A DNA stretch of 64,000 nt from a virus. The notes under the pieces are model-generated. The model was not told where the DNA came from. It did no database searches and was given only the letters and a program-made list of their open reading frames with translations. Below are positions 28,287-36,189 of the stretch, piece after piece. The translations under genes and the position numbers were made by a program. The stretch covers positions 64,001 to 128,000 of IMG/VR virus record IMGVR_UViG_3300021354_000450; one strand, given 5' to 3'. The number at the start of each line of letters is the position of its first letter. Positions within the stretch are counted from its first letter, which is position 1.

Positions 28287-28979
28287 GTGTCAAATCAAAC
28301 AGTAAGCGAAAAAATTCGCACTCAATTAAAAACTAGCGGAAAACGTTTTTGGGCAGGAGATAATATCTCTGAATTTGTTAGTGAAAGCGATAAAATTAAT
28401 CTTATCATTGAAGCAACACGTGCTTTCGAACTTGTTTTAGATTCATTACTAATAGACCGTGAAACAGATCCAAACTCACAAGGTACTGCCCGCAGGCTTG
28501 CAAAAATGTACTTTAATGAAATTATGGCTGGACGGTATGATCCGGCTCCGGATGCAACAAGTTTTCCTAATGATAGCGATGACCGGTATGAAGGAATGTT
28601 GGTTGTACGAAGTGAATTAAAGTCAATGTGTTCACATCATCACCAACCTGTTAGTGGTGTAGCATATATCGGTATTATTGCTGCACAAAAACTTATTGGT
28701 TTATCAAAATATTCTAGAATTGCACAATGGTGTGCAAGACGTGGAACACTTCAAGAAGAACTATGTAACGATATTGCACGTGAAATTAGTCTAGCAACAG
28801 GCAGTGATAATATTGGTGTTTATTTAGAGGCCGAGCATGGCTGTTGCCTAAATAGAGGTATAATGGCTCACTCGAGTTTAACTCAAACAACTGTGCTTAG
28901 AGGAGCATTTAGAACTGATCCAAGTACTAAGAAAGAGTTCTTTGATAACATCAAACTTCAATCAAGAAACGGAAAATAA
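28287..28979 (+). CDS. folE: GTP cyclohydrolase I
   Basis: TARRLAKMY, SMCSHHH, IGLSKYSRI, LQEEL, AEHGCCLNRG. Confidence 0.95.
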   Translation: MSNQTVSEKIRTQLKTSGKRFWAGDNISEFVSESDKINLIIEATRAFELVLDSLLIDRETDPNSQGTARRLAKMYFNEIMAGRYDPAPDATSFPNDSDDRYEGMLVVRSELKSMCSHHHQPVSGVAYIGIIAAQKLIGLSKYSRIAQWCARRGTLQEELCNDIAREISLATGSDNIGVYLEAEHGCCLNRGIMAHSSLTQTTVLRGAFRTDPSTKKEFFDNIKLQSRNGK

Positions 28980-28980
28980 T

Positions 28981-29271
28981 ATGATTTTTAAAAAATGGTT
29001 TAATCGTAAAGTTAAAGAAGCAATCCAATCAATCCAATCAGATAATCAACGAACCCCTAAACCAATGGAAAATTATGTCAATCAGTCAATTGACTGTGAT
29101 AAAGGTATTCGATTTAAAGTTTTAAAAGCACAAGGTGGAACCATTATAGAAACAACTTTGTGGGATAATCGAAAATCTGACAATAATTTCGGACTTTATA
29201 TTATAAGAGATGATGAAGATCTTGGTCAAGGTATTGCAAAGATTATAACAATAGAATCATTAAAATCATGA
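28981..29271 (+). CDS. hypothetical protein
   Basis: ORF 28942..29271; ATG 28981 right after the folE stop is the more plausible start. Confidence 0.7.
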   Translation: MIFKKWFNRKVKEAIQSIQSDNQRTPKPMENYVNQSIDCDKGIRFKVLKAQGGTIIETTLWDNRKSDNNFGLYIIRDDEDLGQGIAKIITIESLKS

Positions 29272-29453
29272 TCTGTTATATGAGTGAAGAGATTGATGAA
29301 GATTTTGGCGATCTTGACAAGCAAAATAAATGGTTTCAAACCTATAAGCTTGATCCTATTAAATTAGGATATATGTGTGAAGAATATCCAGCTTTACAAA
29401 AAAGTTGGAATGAATTTATGATAATTTATAATTTATGTAATGGTTTAAAATGA
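29268..29453 (+). CDS. hypothetical protein
   Basis: ATGA-coupled small ORF (MCEEYPALQKSW). Confidence 0.65.
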   Translation: MICYMSEEIDEDFGDLDKQNKWFQTYKLDPIKLGYMCEEYPALQKSWNEFMIIYNLCNGLK

Positions 29454-29950
29454 ACAAATTAATTTTAGATGATGCAAAATTTAAAAACTTAGTTGCAAAT
29501 CTCTGTAGAGAAATTTCACTTAGTAATTGGAAACCTGACTATGTTGTTGGGCTAACACGCGGTGGTTTATTACCTGCTGTTATGATTAGTCATTACTTTG
29601 AAATTCCGTGTGAAACTTTAAAAGTAAATTTACGAGATCATAAAACTGGATTAGAATCAAATTGTTGGATGGCAGAAGATGCATTTCATAACAAAAAAAT
29701 ACTAATTGTTGATGATATTAATGACACCGGTGCAACTATTAATTGGATTATGCAAGATTGGCCACAAGGTTGTTATCCAAATAATGAAGTTTGGGAATCA
29801 ATTTGGAACAACAATGTAAAATTTGCAGTTGTGGTTGATAATTTATCAAGCGACTGTGAAGTTAAAATAGATTATGCAGGTATGGAAATTAACAAAGCCG
29901 AAAATGATGTTTGGGTTGATTTTCCTTACGAAGAATGGTGGACAAAATAA
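29450..29950 (+). CDS. type I purine phosphoribosyltransferase (Gpt/Hpt-like)
   Basis: VGLTRGG, PRPP-binding ILIVDDINDTGAT, WVDFPYE. Confidence 0.9.
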   Translation: MNKLILDDAKFKNLVANLCREISLSNWKPDYVVGLTRGGLLPAVMISHYFEIPCETLKVNLRDHKTGLESNCWMAEDAFHNKKILIVDDINDTGATINWIMQDWPQGCYPNNEVWESIWNNNVKFAVVVDNLSSDCEVKIDYAGMEINKAENDVWVDFPYEEWWTK

Positions 29951-30319
29951 ATGGCAAGATTAGAAGGATTTGTTGAGAAAGGTTGGGGACACGAAATGAT
30001 CTGGTCAACTAATGACAAGTACTGTGGGAAACTTATGCACTTTAATGAAGGTGCAAAGTTTTCAATGCATTTTCATGCTGAAAAAGACGAAACTTGGTTA
30101 GTGCTAAGTGGCTGTTTTATTGTTGAATATATCGATACAACTGATGCATTAGTTCGTTCAAAAACTTTAACAAAAAATAGTGTTTGGAGGAACGAACCGT
30201 TAGTTCCTCACAGACTTATTTGTGTTGAGAAAGGTGATATTATTGAAGTATCAACTCCGGATAGTGTTGAAGACAATTATCGTATATTACCAGGTGATAG
30301 TCAAAAATTAATAAAATAG
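29951..30319 (+). CDS. cupin-fold protein (sugar isomerase / ManC C-terminal-like)
   Basis: VEKGWGHE, FSMHFHAEKDETW, PHRL, EVSTP...DNYR. Confidence 0.8.
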   Translation: MARLEGFVEKGWGHEMIWSTNDKYCGKLMHFNEGAKFSMHFHAEKDETWLVLSGCFIVEYIDTTDALVRSKTLTKNSVWRNEPLVPHRLICVEKGDIIEVSTPDSVEDNYRILPGDSQKLIK

Positions 30320-30348
30320 TTGATTTTATTTTAAAGTTCATGTATAAT
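30320..30348 (+). promoter_or_regulatory. sigma70-type promoter
   Basis: TTGATT 30320-30325, 17 bp, TG-TATAAT 30343-30348. Confidence 0.7.
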
Positions 30349-30368
30349 AAATTTTTTTAGGAGGTTGT

Positions 30369-30527
30369 ATGAGTTGTGGTTGCGGTCGTAGTCCAACAGG
30401 TGAGTGTTGCGGTTGGCATGGTTTATCTGAAGATGCTTATAGACAAAAATTAGCTGAGTATGATAATAAAAATGTCGAAGTTCAAACTGAAGTAAACAAC
30501 TCTGGAAATGATAGTGAGCAAGATTAA
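30369..30527 (+). CDS. 52-aa CDGSH-like iron-sulfur mini-protein (not in the ORF track)
   Basis: AGGAGG SD; MSCGCGRSPTGECCGWHGLSEDAY... has CxCx2S...CxGxH spacing; overlaps the queE start. Confidence 0.7.
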   Translation: MSCGCGRSPTGECCGWHGLSEDAYRQKLAEYDNKNVEVQTEVNNSGNDSEQD

Positions 30528-31356
30528 AGTAGCGGAACTTTTCTACTCAATTCAAGGTGAAGGAAGATATATGGGAGTACCATCTATCTTCTTACGTACT
30601 TTTGGTTGTAATTTTTCTTGTAAGGGATTTGGTATGCTTCGAGGTAATATAAGTGAAGAATACTTGACTGTTAATCCAGAACTATATACAAAATACGATC
30701 AGCTGCCATTAGTTAGCACAGGATGTGATAGTTATGCAAGTTGGGATCCGAGATTTAAAAATCTTAGTCCTTTACTTGATACTGATGAAATTGCTGAAAG
30801 TATTATCGAAATGTTACCATTTAAAGAATGGCGTGATGAACATCTTGTGATTACAGGTGGTGAACCGTTATTAGGTTGGCAACGAGCTTTTCCTGATTTA
30901 CTTGACCATCCTAAAATGCAAGGATTAAAAGAAATTACATTTGAAACAAATGGTACTCAACCGTTGACTGATCAATTTAAATTGTATCTTTATAATTGGC
31001 AATTACAACAACCTGGAAGAGAAGTTACATTTAGTGTTAGTGCAAAATTAAGTGTAAGTGGTGAACATCCTGATCAAGCAATTCGTCCTGAGATTGTTTG
31101 TGGCTATGAAGATGTTGGATATACTTATCTTAAATTTGTTGTTGCATCTGAAGAAGATGCAGAAGAAGCATTAGAAGCAGTTGACATTTACCGTGCCGAA
31201 GGATTCATTGGGCCAGTTTATTTAATGCCCGTCGGTGGTGTTGAAAGTGTTTATACTTTAAATAATCGCACAGTTGCAGAATTAGCAATGAAAATAGGGT
31301 TAAGATATAGTGATAGATTACAAGTGCCGTTGTTCAAGAACGCGTGGAGTACATAA
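30514..31356 (+). CDS. queE: 7-carboxy-7-deazaguanine synthase, radical SAM (atypical Cx3Cx34C)
   Basis: ELFYSIQGEG, FLRTFGCNFSC...GCDS, VITGGEP, ETNGT, RLQ; start at GTG 30514 or ATG 30508. Confidence 0.88.
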   Translation: MSKIKVAELFYSIQGEGRYMGVPSIFLRTFGCNFSCKGFGMLRGNISEEYLTVNPELYTKYDQLPLVSTGCDSYASWDPRFKNLSPLLDTDEIAESIIEMLPFKEWRDEHLVITGGEPLLGWQRAFPDLLDHPKMQGLKEITFETNGTQPLTDQFKLYLYNWQLQQPGREVTFSVSAKLSVSGEHPDQAIRPEIVCGYEDVGYTYLKFVVASEEDAEEALEAVDIYRAEGFIGPVYLMPVGGVESVYTLNNRTVAELAMKIGLRYSDRLQVPLFKNAWST

Positions 31357-31758
31357 ATGATATTAGATGGAATATTTGATCTTTGGAACAATTATCGTTC
31401 TAAAAGAAAAGCAAAAAAAGAAGCAAAGAAATACAGAACAGCTAAAACAGACGAAGTTAAAGATCCGAAAACTCAAGCAACTGAGAATAACGAACCGTGG
31501 GTTACTGTTTTAAAAACACATGTTGATCCAACAAGTCCACGTAATGGGTTTTTTGAACTTGATTGGAATGAACAGTTTGTTTCAATGTTGCGTGGTAATG
31601 GTTATACTGGGGTTACTGAAGAAGAAATTGTAGACCAATGGTTTAGTGATCTTTGTAGAGAAGTAGGTAGTGAAGAAAATGTTCCTGGATTAGATCGTAG
31701 AGGATCTGGGTACATTAATGTAAACAAATTAAGCAACGGCAGAAGCGAGGTAAGTTGA
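31357..31758 (+). CDS. phage hypothetical protein
   Basis: abutting ORF; EPWV...NGFFELDWN...VDQWF. Confidence 0.75.
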   Translation: MILDGIFDLWNNYRSKRKAKKEAKKYRTAKTDEVKDPKTQATENNEPWVTVLKTHVDPTSPRNGFFELDWNEQFVSMLRGNGYTGVTEEEIVDQWFSDLCREVGSEENVPGLDRRGSGYINVNKLSNGRSEVS

Positions 31759-31990
31759 TTAAATAGAAACTATAATATATCCTTTATAGCTTTTTCCTAA
31801 TTTTGCATTTTTATGAATTGTGTCTTTTGATTGCGGTCCTCGTTGTCTATTACGTTCTCCAATCTGCTGTTTTTCCTCTTCAGACCACATTTGTTTACCT
31901 TTATTCCACGGAATTCTTCCTTTACCTGCTTCACTGATACGTTTTCGTACTTCTTCACTTTGGCGTCCACCGTCACCACATTCATTTATA
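31759..31990 (-). pseudogene. NUMOD3-containing remnant of a homing endonuclease
   Basis: start-less minus frame reads NECGDGGRQSEEVRKRISEAGKGRIPWNKGKQMWSEEEKQQIGERN...; upstream in-frame stop and no catalytic domain. Confidence 0.7.
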
Positions 31991-31996
31991 TTAAAG

Positions 31997-32025
31997 TTGA
32001 CTTTTCCTGAAATATATTATATAAT
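31997..32025 (+). promoter_or_regulatory. sigma70-type promoter
   Basis: TTGACT 31997-32002, 17 bp, TATAAT 32020-32025. Confidence 0.75.
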
Positions 32026-32054
32026 GTATTTTTTTAATGAAGAGAAGTAACTAC

Positions 32055-33047
32055 ATGAACAGAACATTTTTAATTATTGATGCGGCTAATTTATTTTATC
32101 GAAGTAGGCATTCAGTTAGAGGAACTTCTGAAGAAAAAGTAGCAATGTCATTACATATCATCTTATCATCAATAGCAAAATGTTGGCGTGAACAAAAAGC
32201 AAACCATTGTGTCATTGCATTAGAAGGTCGAAGTTGGCGTAAAGACTATTACGAACCGTATAAAAGAAATAGACAAGTTGCTCGTGATGCCTTAAGTCCA
32301 AAAGATGCAGAAGAAGACAAAGTGTTTTGGGAAACGTTTGATGACTTTAAAACATTTATTCAAGAAAAAACAAATTGCACCGTATTACAAAATCCTCAAT
32401 TAGAAGCAGACGATTTAATTGCAGGTTGGATTAAAGCTCATCCAAATGATAATCATGTTATTATTAGTACAGATGGCGATTTTGCACAACTAATTGCTCC
32501 GAATGTTCGTCAATACAACGGTGTTAGTCAAGTAACAACTACACACGAAGGCTATTTTGATGAAAAAGGTAAACGTGTTAAAGACAAAAAAACAGGGTTA
32601 GAAAAACCTGCACCGGACCCAGAATGGCTGTTATTTGAAAAATGTATGCGTGGCGACACAAGTGATAATGTGTTTAGTGCATATCCAGGTGTTCGTACAA
32701 AAGGTACAAAAAATAAAATTGGTTTACTTGAAGCATACGCTGATCGTAAAACAAAAGGGTTTAATTGGAATAACATGATGTTGCAAAAATGGGTTGATCA
32801 TGAAGGAGTTGAACATAGGGTTCTTGATGATTATGCTCGTAATGTTACCTTATGTGATTTAACTGCTCAACCAGGTATTATTCAATTAGAAATTAAAGAT
32901 ACAATTCAGAATGAAATTGATAAAGAAAAGAATATTAGTCAAGTTGGTATTAGATTAATGAAATTCTGTGGATCTTATGATCTAGTTAAAGTATCTGAAC
33001 AAATAACTTCATTTGTTGAACCTTTAAATGCAAGGTATCATCAATGA
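32055..33047 (+). CDS. rnh: RNase H / 5'-3' flap exonuclease (T4 Rnh-like)
   Basis: LIIDAAN, SWRK..Y..YK.NR, LEADDLI, STDGDFAQL, GDTSDNV. Confidence 0.9.
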   Translation: MNRTFLIIDAANLFYRSRHSVRGTSEEKVAMSLHIILSSIAKCWREQKANHCVIALEGRSWRKDYYEPYKRNRQVARDALSPKDAEEDKVFWETFDDFKTFIQEKTNCTVLQNPQLEADDLIAGWIKAHPNDNHVIISTDGDFAQLIAPNVRQYNGVSQVTTTHEGYFDEKGKRVKDKKTGLEKPAPDPEWLLFEKCMRGDTSDNVFSAYPGVRTKGTKNKIGLLEAYADRKTKGFNWNNMMLQKWVDHEGVEHRVLDDYARNVTLCDLTAQPGIIQLEIKDTIQNEIDKEKNISQVGIRLMKFCGSYDLVKVSEQITSFVEPLNARYHQ

Positions 33048-33514
33048 CTACAATAGCAAAAGTATTAGTTCCGAATAAATTTTGGATAATCGAAAATGAT
33101 GGAGAAAAGTTTGGAACACTTAGCAAAGAGAAAAAAGGATATAGTATTCTTTGCAAAGGTCAAAAAATTGAATTTCATGATTTAACTGAAATTAAAGAAC
33201 GTTTTGGTATTACAATTGATCAAAGCGAAATTAAAAAAGAAAAGAAAACTCTTTCAAATGACATTTATGGTTTTCCGGTAAATGGTCGGGCATACGAACC
33301 ACTTTGGAATGTTCAGAAAAAATTACCAATATATGCAAAAAGTGGAAAAAGTAAAAGTTTATATTGTGCAGGATATTATGTTATTCAATTCCGTAAAGGT
33401 TGGGTTAAATCATTTTGCCCAAAACTAATAACGCTCGATCGGTATCCTTTTAAAGGTCCATTTAAAACTGAGTTTGAAATGCGTTCTATATTAAACAATG
33501 TGAGTAAAGCCTAA
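33044..33514 (+). CDS. phage hypothetical protein
   Basis: ATGA-coupled; SKSLYCAGYY...FCPKLITL..YPFKGPFKT. Confidence 0.75.
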   Translation: MTTIAKVLVPNKFWIIENDGEKFGTLSKEKKGYSILCKGQKIEFHDLTEIKERFGITIDQSEIKKEKKTLSNDIYGFPVNGRAYEPLWNVQKKLPIYAKSGKSKSLYCAGYYVIQFRKGWVKSFCPKLITLDRYPFKGPFKTEFEMRSILNNVSKA

Positions 33515-33741
33515 TGAATCAACCATTGAACACATTACCAATCGAAATGTACTTAGAAAAGGTCAGAATCGCACGAAAAAGTGGTCAAAAGAGCATCAAT
33601 TTGTCAATAAATGATGCTTCTTTGTTAGAAGATAGTTTAGCTGTAGTAATGACACGTCTTGCAGGCAATTTTGATGAAATAATTAGAAATAATCAACAAA
33701 GTGACGATATTGTTATTAAGATGGATGGCGGAGGTTTATAA
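33514..33741 (+). CDS. hypothetical protein
   Basis: TAATG-coupled ORF ending MDGGGL. Confidence 0.7.
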   Translation: MNQPLNTLPIEMYLEKVRIARKSGQKSINLSINDASLLEDSLAVVMTRLAGNFDEIIRNNQQSDDIVIKMDGGGL

Positions 33742-33783
33742 AAACAAGATAAATAACTGCGTATATTAAGGAGGATACGCATA

Positions 33784-34071
33784 ATGGCGCGGCCAAAACC
33801 TAAAGTATTAATCGAAGTAACGAGCAAAAAAACATATAAGACTGAACAGGTATTAGAAGCTGAAGCTATTTGGGCTGTATTTTATCAAGGTAAACCTGTT
33901 AACTTAAAAACAACAAGTTTAATTGCACAACAAGTAGGTCCTAAGTACAAAAAAATATCATTTTCAAACTCCGGTCATGCTATTAATCTTGCAGAAAAAC
34001 TTAATAAAATGTTTAACTGCACAGATTTTTCAGTGTTTAAATTAACAACGGGTGAAGAACTTAAGCAATGA
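33784..34071 (+). CDS. phage hypothetical protein
   Basis: AAGGAGG SD; TAAATA at 33750-33755. Confidence 0.8.
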   Translation: MARPKPKVLIEVTSKKTYKTEQVLEAEAIWAVFYQGKPVNLKTTSLIAQQVGPKYKKISFSNSGHAINLAEKLNKMFNCTDFSVFKLTTGEELKQ

Positions 34072-34454
34072 ACTTTAAAAAACCGTTAACCAAACTTGTT
34101 TGTACACAGCTAGGATGGTTAACAGATCTAAAAACTTTTCAAAAATGTTATAACCTAATTTGGCAAAATCCACGTGACAAAGATCAAGGTGGGATGCGAT
34201 TAACTGATCAAGGTTTTACAATCTTTACTGAAAAAATGGAAATGAAATCATATGAAATTCAGTTTCCAAAAGACTTAATATTTACAAATCAAGTTTTAGT
34301 TTGGTTAGATCGTTTTATTGACGGTCCTTATTATATCACAAAATCTTCAATTATTGTTTTTAAAGAAAAAACCGCTGTTCAGTTAATATTGTTTAACGGA
34401 GATATCCAAAGATTTGGACAAGCAAAAATAATGTCTTTGGAAAATAATTCTTAA
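34068..34454 (+). CDS. hypothetical protein
   Basis: ATGA-coupled ORF. Confidence 0.75.
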   Translation: MNFKKPLTKLVCTQLGWLTDLKTFQKCYNLIWQNPRDKDQGGMRLTDQGFTIFTEKMEMKSYEIQFPKDLIFTNQVLVWLDRFIDGPYYITKSSIIVFKEKTAVQLILFNGDIQRFGQAKIMSLENNS

Positions 34455-34462
34455 ATCTTTTC

Positions 34463-34500
34463 TTGACTTTTACCACAGTTGGTCTTATAATATACACATA
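34463..34500 (+). promoter_or_regulatory. sigma70-type early promoter
   Basis: TTGACT 34463-34468, 17 bp, TATAAT 34486-34491. Confidence 0.8.
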
Positions 34501-34547
34501 TTAAAGAAACAACAAATTTTTAAATCCTTAACACAGAGAGAAATAAA

Positions 34548-35630
34548 ATGGCTGAATCAGTAAGTTCAAATCGTACTCAAACTCCAAACGAAGCAAAGGC
34601 AGCAATTCGAAAATGTTTTGCAATTAAGCGTCCAGTATTCTTATGGGGTGCACCTGGAATTGGAAAATCAGATATTGTTAAGCAAATTGCGGCTGAAACT
34701 AATCGTGAGGTTATTGATATTCGGTTAAGTTTATGGGAACCAACAGATATTAAAGGTATTCCATTTTATAATCCAGAACTGCATACAATGCAATGGGCGG
34801 CTCCTTCGGAATTACCAAGTGACCCAAATTCAACTGCTATTTTATTTTTAGATGAGCTTAATTCAGCAGCTCCTGCAACACAAGCGGCAGCATATCAGCT
34901 TATTTTAGATGGTCGCGTTGGTACTTATCGTTTACCTAAAGGTGTTAGCATTGTAGCGGCAGGTAACCGTGAAAGTGATAAAGGTGTTACCTACAGAATG
35001 CCTGCTCCGTTAGCAAATAGATTCTTACACTTAGAATTAAAAACTAATTTTGACGATTGGCAAGAATGGGCTGTTAAAAACAAAGTTCATGAACAAGTTG
35101 TTGGTTATATCGGTTTTGCTAAACAAGATTTATATGACTTTGATCCAAGAAGTTCAAGCCGTTCGTTTGCAACTCCTCGCTCTTGGAGCTTTGTATCAGC
35201 ATTATTAGGTGATGATGATTTATCAGAAGGTACTTTAACTGATTTAGTTGCAGGTGCGATTGGTGACGGGTTAGCTGTAAAATTTATGGCGCATCGTAAA
35301 ATTGCAAATCAACTTCCTAAACCAGAAGAAATTTTGCAAGGTGTAGTTAGAAAATTAGACATTAAAGAAATTTCAGCAATGTATTCTTTAACAATCTCAA
35401 TGTGCTATGAATTACAAACTGCACATGAGAAAAAAGTTAAAAATTGGAATGACATGGCAGATTGTTTCTTCCGTTTTATGATGGACAATTTCCCAACTGA
35501 ATTGGTTGTAATGGGTGCAAAAGTTGCATTAACACAATATGCATTACCGTTTGATGCATCCAAACTAAAAAGTTTTGATGAGTTTCACGAAAAATACGGC
35601 AAATACATTATTTCAGCAATGGAGAACTAA
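34548..35630 (+). CDS. MoxR-like AAA+ ATPase
   Basis: WGAPGIGKS, DIRLS...DIKG, LFLDELN, AAGNR, PLANRF, TPRSW. Confidence 0.9.
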   Translation: MAESVSSNRTQTPNEAKAAIRKCFAIKRPVFLWGAPGIGKSDIVKQIAAETNREVIDIRLSLWEPTDIKGIPFYNPELHTMQWAAPSELPSDPNSTAILFLDELNSAAPATQAAAYQLILDGRVGTYRLPKGVSIVAAGNRESDKGVTYRMPAPLANRFLHLELKTNFDDWQEWAVKNKVHEQVVGYIGFAKQDLYDFDPRSSSRSFATPRSWSFVSALLGDDDLSEGTLTDLVAGAIGDGLAVKFMAHRKIANQLPKPEEILQGVVRKLDIKEISAMYSLTISMCYELQTAHEKKVKNWNDMADCFFRFMMDNFPTELVVMGAKVALTQYALPFDASKLKSFDEFHEKYGKYIISAMEN

Positions 35631-35634
35631 AATT

Positions 35635-35661
35635 AATGGGCCTTACGGGGCCCATTTTTTT
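35635..35661 (+). terminator. intrinsic terminator
   Basis: AATGGGCCT-TACG-GGGCCCATT-TTTTT (UNCG loop). Confidence 0.85.
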
Positions 35662-35668
35662 GATACAT

Positions 35669-35941
35669 ATGATTAATTTAAATTTTTCTATTTCAAATCC
35701 ATGGAGCGATCGATGGAATGCAATTTGGTGTAAATCAGGAAGTCTTTGTAAATTTAAAGGGTGGGAATTTAATATATATAAAACACATTACCTAATTAAT
35801 GTAGATCTAAGTTTAAATGTTAGATGTGATCATGCAGGATTTCAAATTATGTTAGGTTTGTTTGGATATAGTGTAGAATTACATTTTTATGATTCTCGTC
35901 ACTGGAATTATGAAAATAATTGTTGGGAAGTTTATGATTGA
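35669..35941 (+). CDS. hypothetical protein
   Basis: ORF 35636..35941; the first ATG lies inside the terminator, so 35669 is preferred. Confidence 0.65.
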   Translation: MINLNFSISNPWSDRWNAIWCKSGSLCKFKGWEFNIYKTHYLINVDLSLNVRCDHAGFQIMLGLFGYSVELHFYDSRHWNYENNCWEVYD

Positions 35942-36134
35942 AAAAGATAAAGTTACATCAAATGATATTTTAATGTTAGGTAGTTCAGTAACAATAATTG
36001 AAGCTGAAATAGTCGGAAAAGTTGATGCAATTATTCAAGAACGCACAGGAATTTCGTACCGTATAAAATGGTGGAGTGGAAATACTAGATCTTCTATTTG
36101 GTGTTTACCTGATGAAATTATAATCAATGATTGA
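35934..36134 (+). CDS. small hypothetical protein (SH3-like pattern)
   Basis: ORF 35889..36134; ATG 35934 overlaps the end of the upstream gene. Confidence 0.55.
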   Translation: MIEKDKVTSNDILMLGSSVTIIEAEIVGKVDAIIQERTGISYRIKWWSGNTRSSIWCLPDEIIIND

Positions 36135-36168
36135 CAAAACATCAATTTGACCTTATAATATACACATA
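36131..36168 (+). promoter_or_regulatory. consensus sigma70 early promoter
   Basis: TTGACA 36131-36136, 17 bp, TATAAT 36154-36159. Confidence 0.85.
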
Positions 36169-36189
36169 CACTAACACAAAGGAATTAAA

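Noticed and set aside
31797-32050. ORFs 31797-31985 (-) and 31820-32050 (+)
   Set aside because: Shadow frames of the NUMOD3 relic and the rnh promoter
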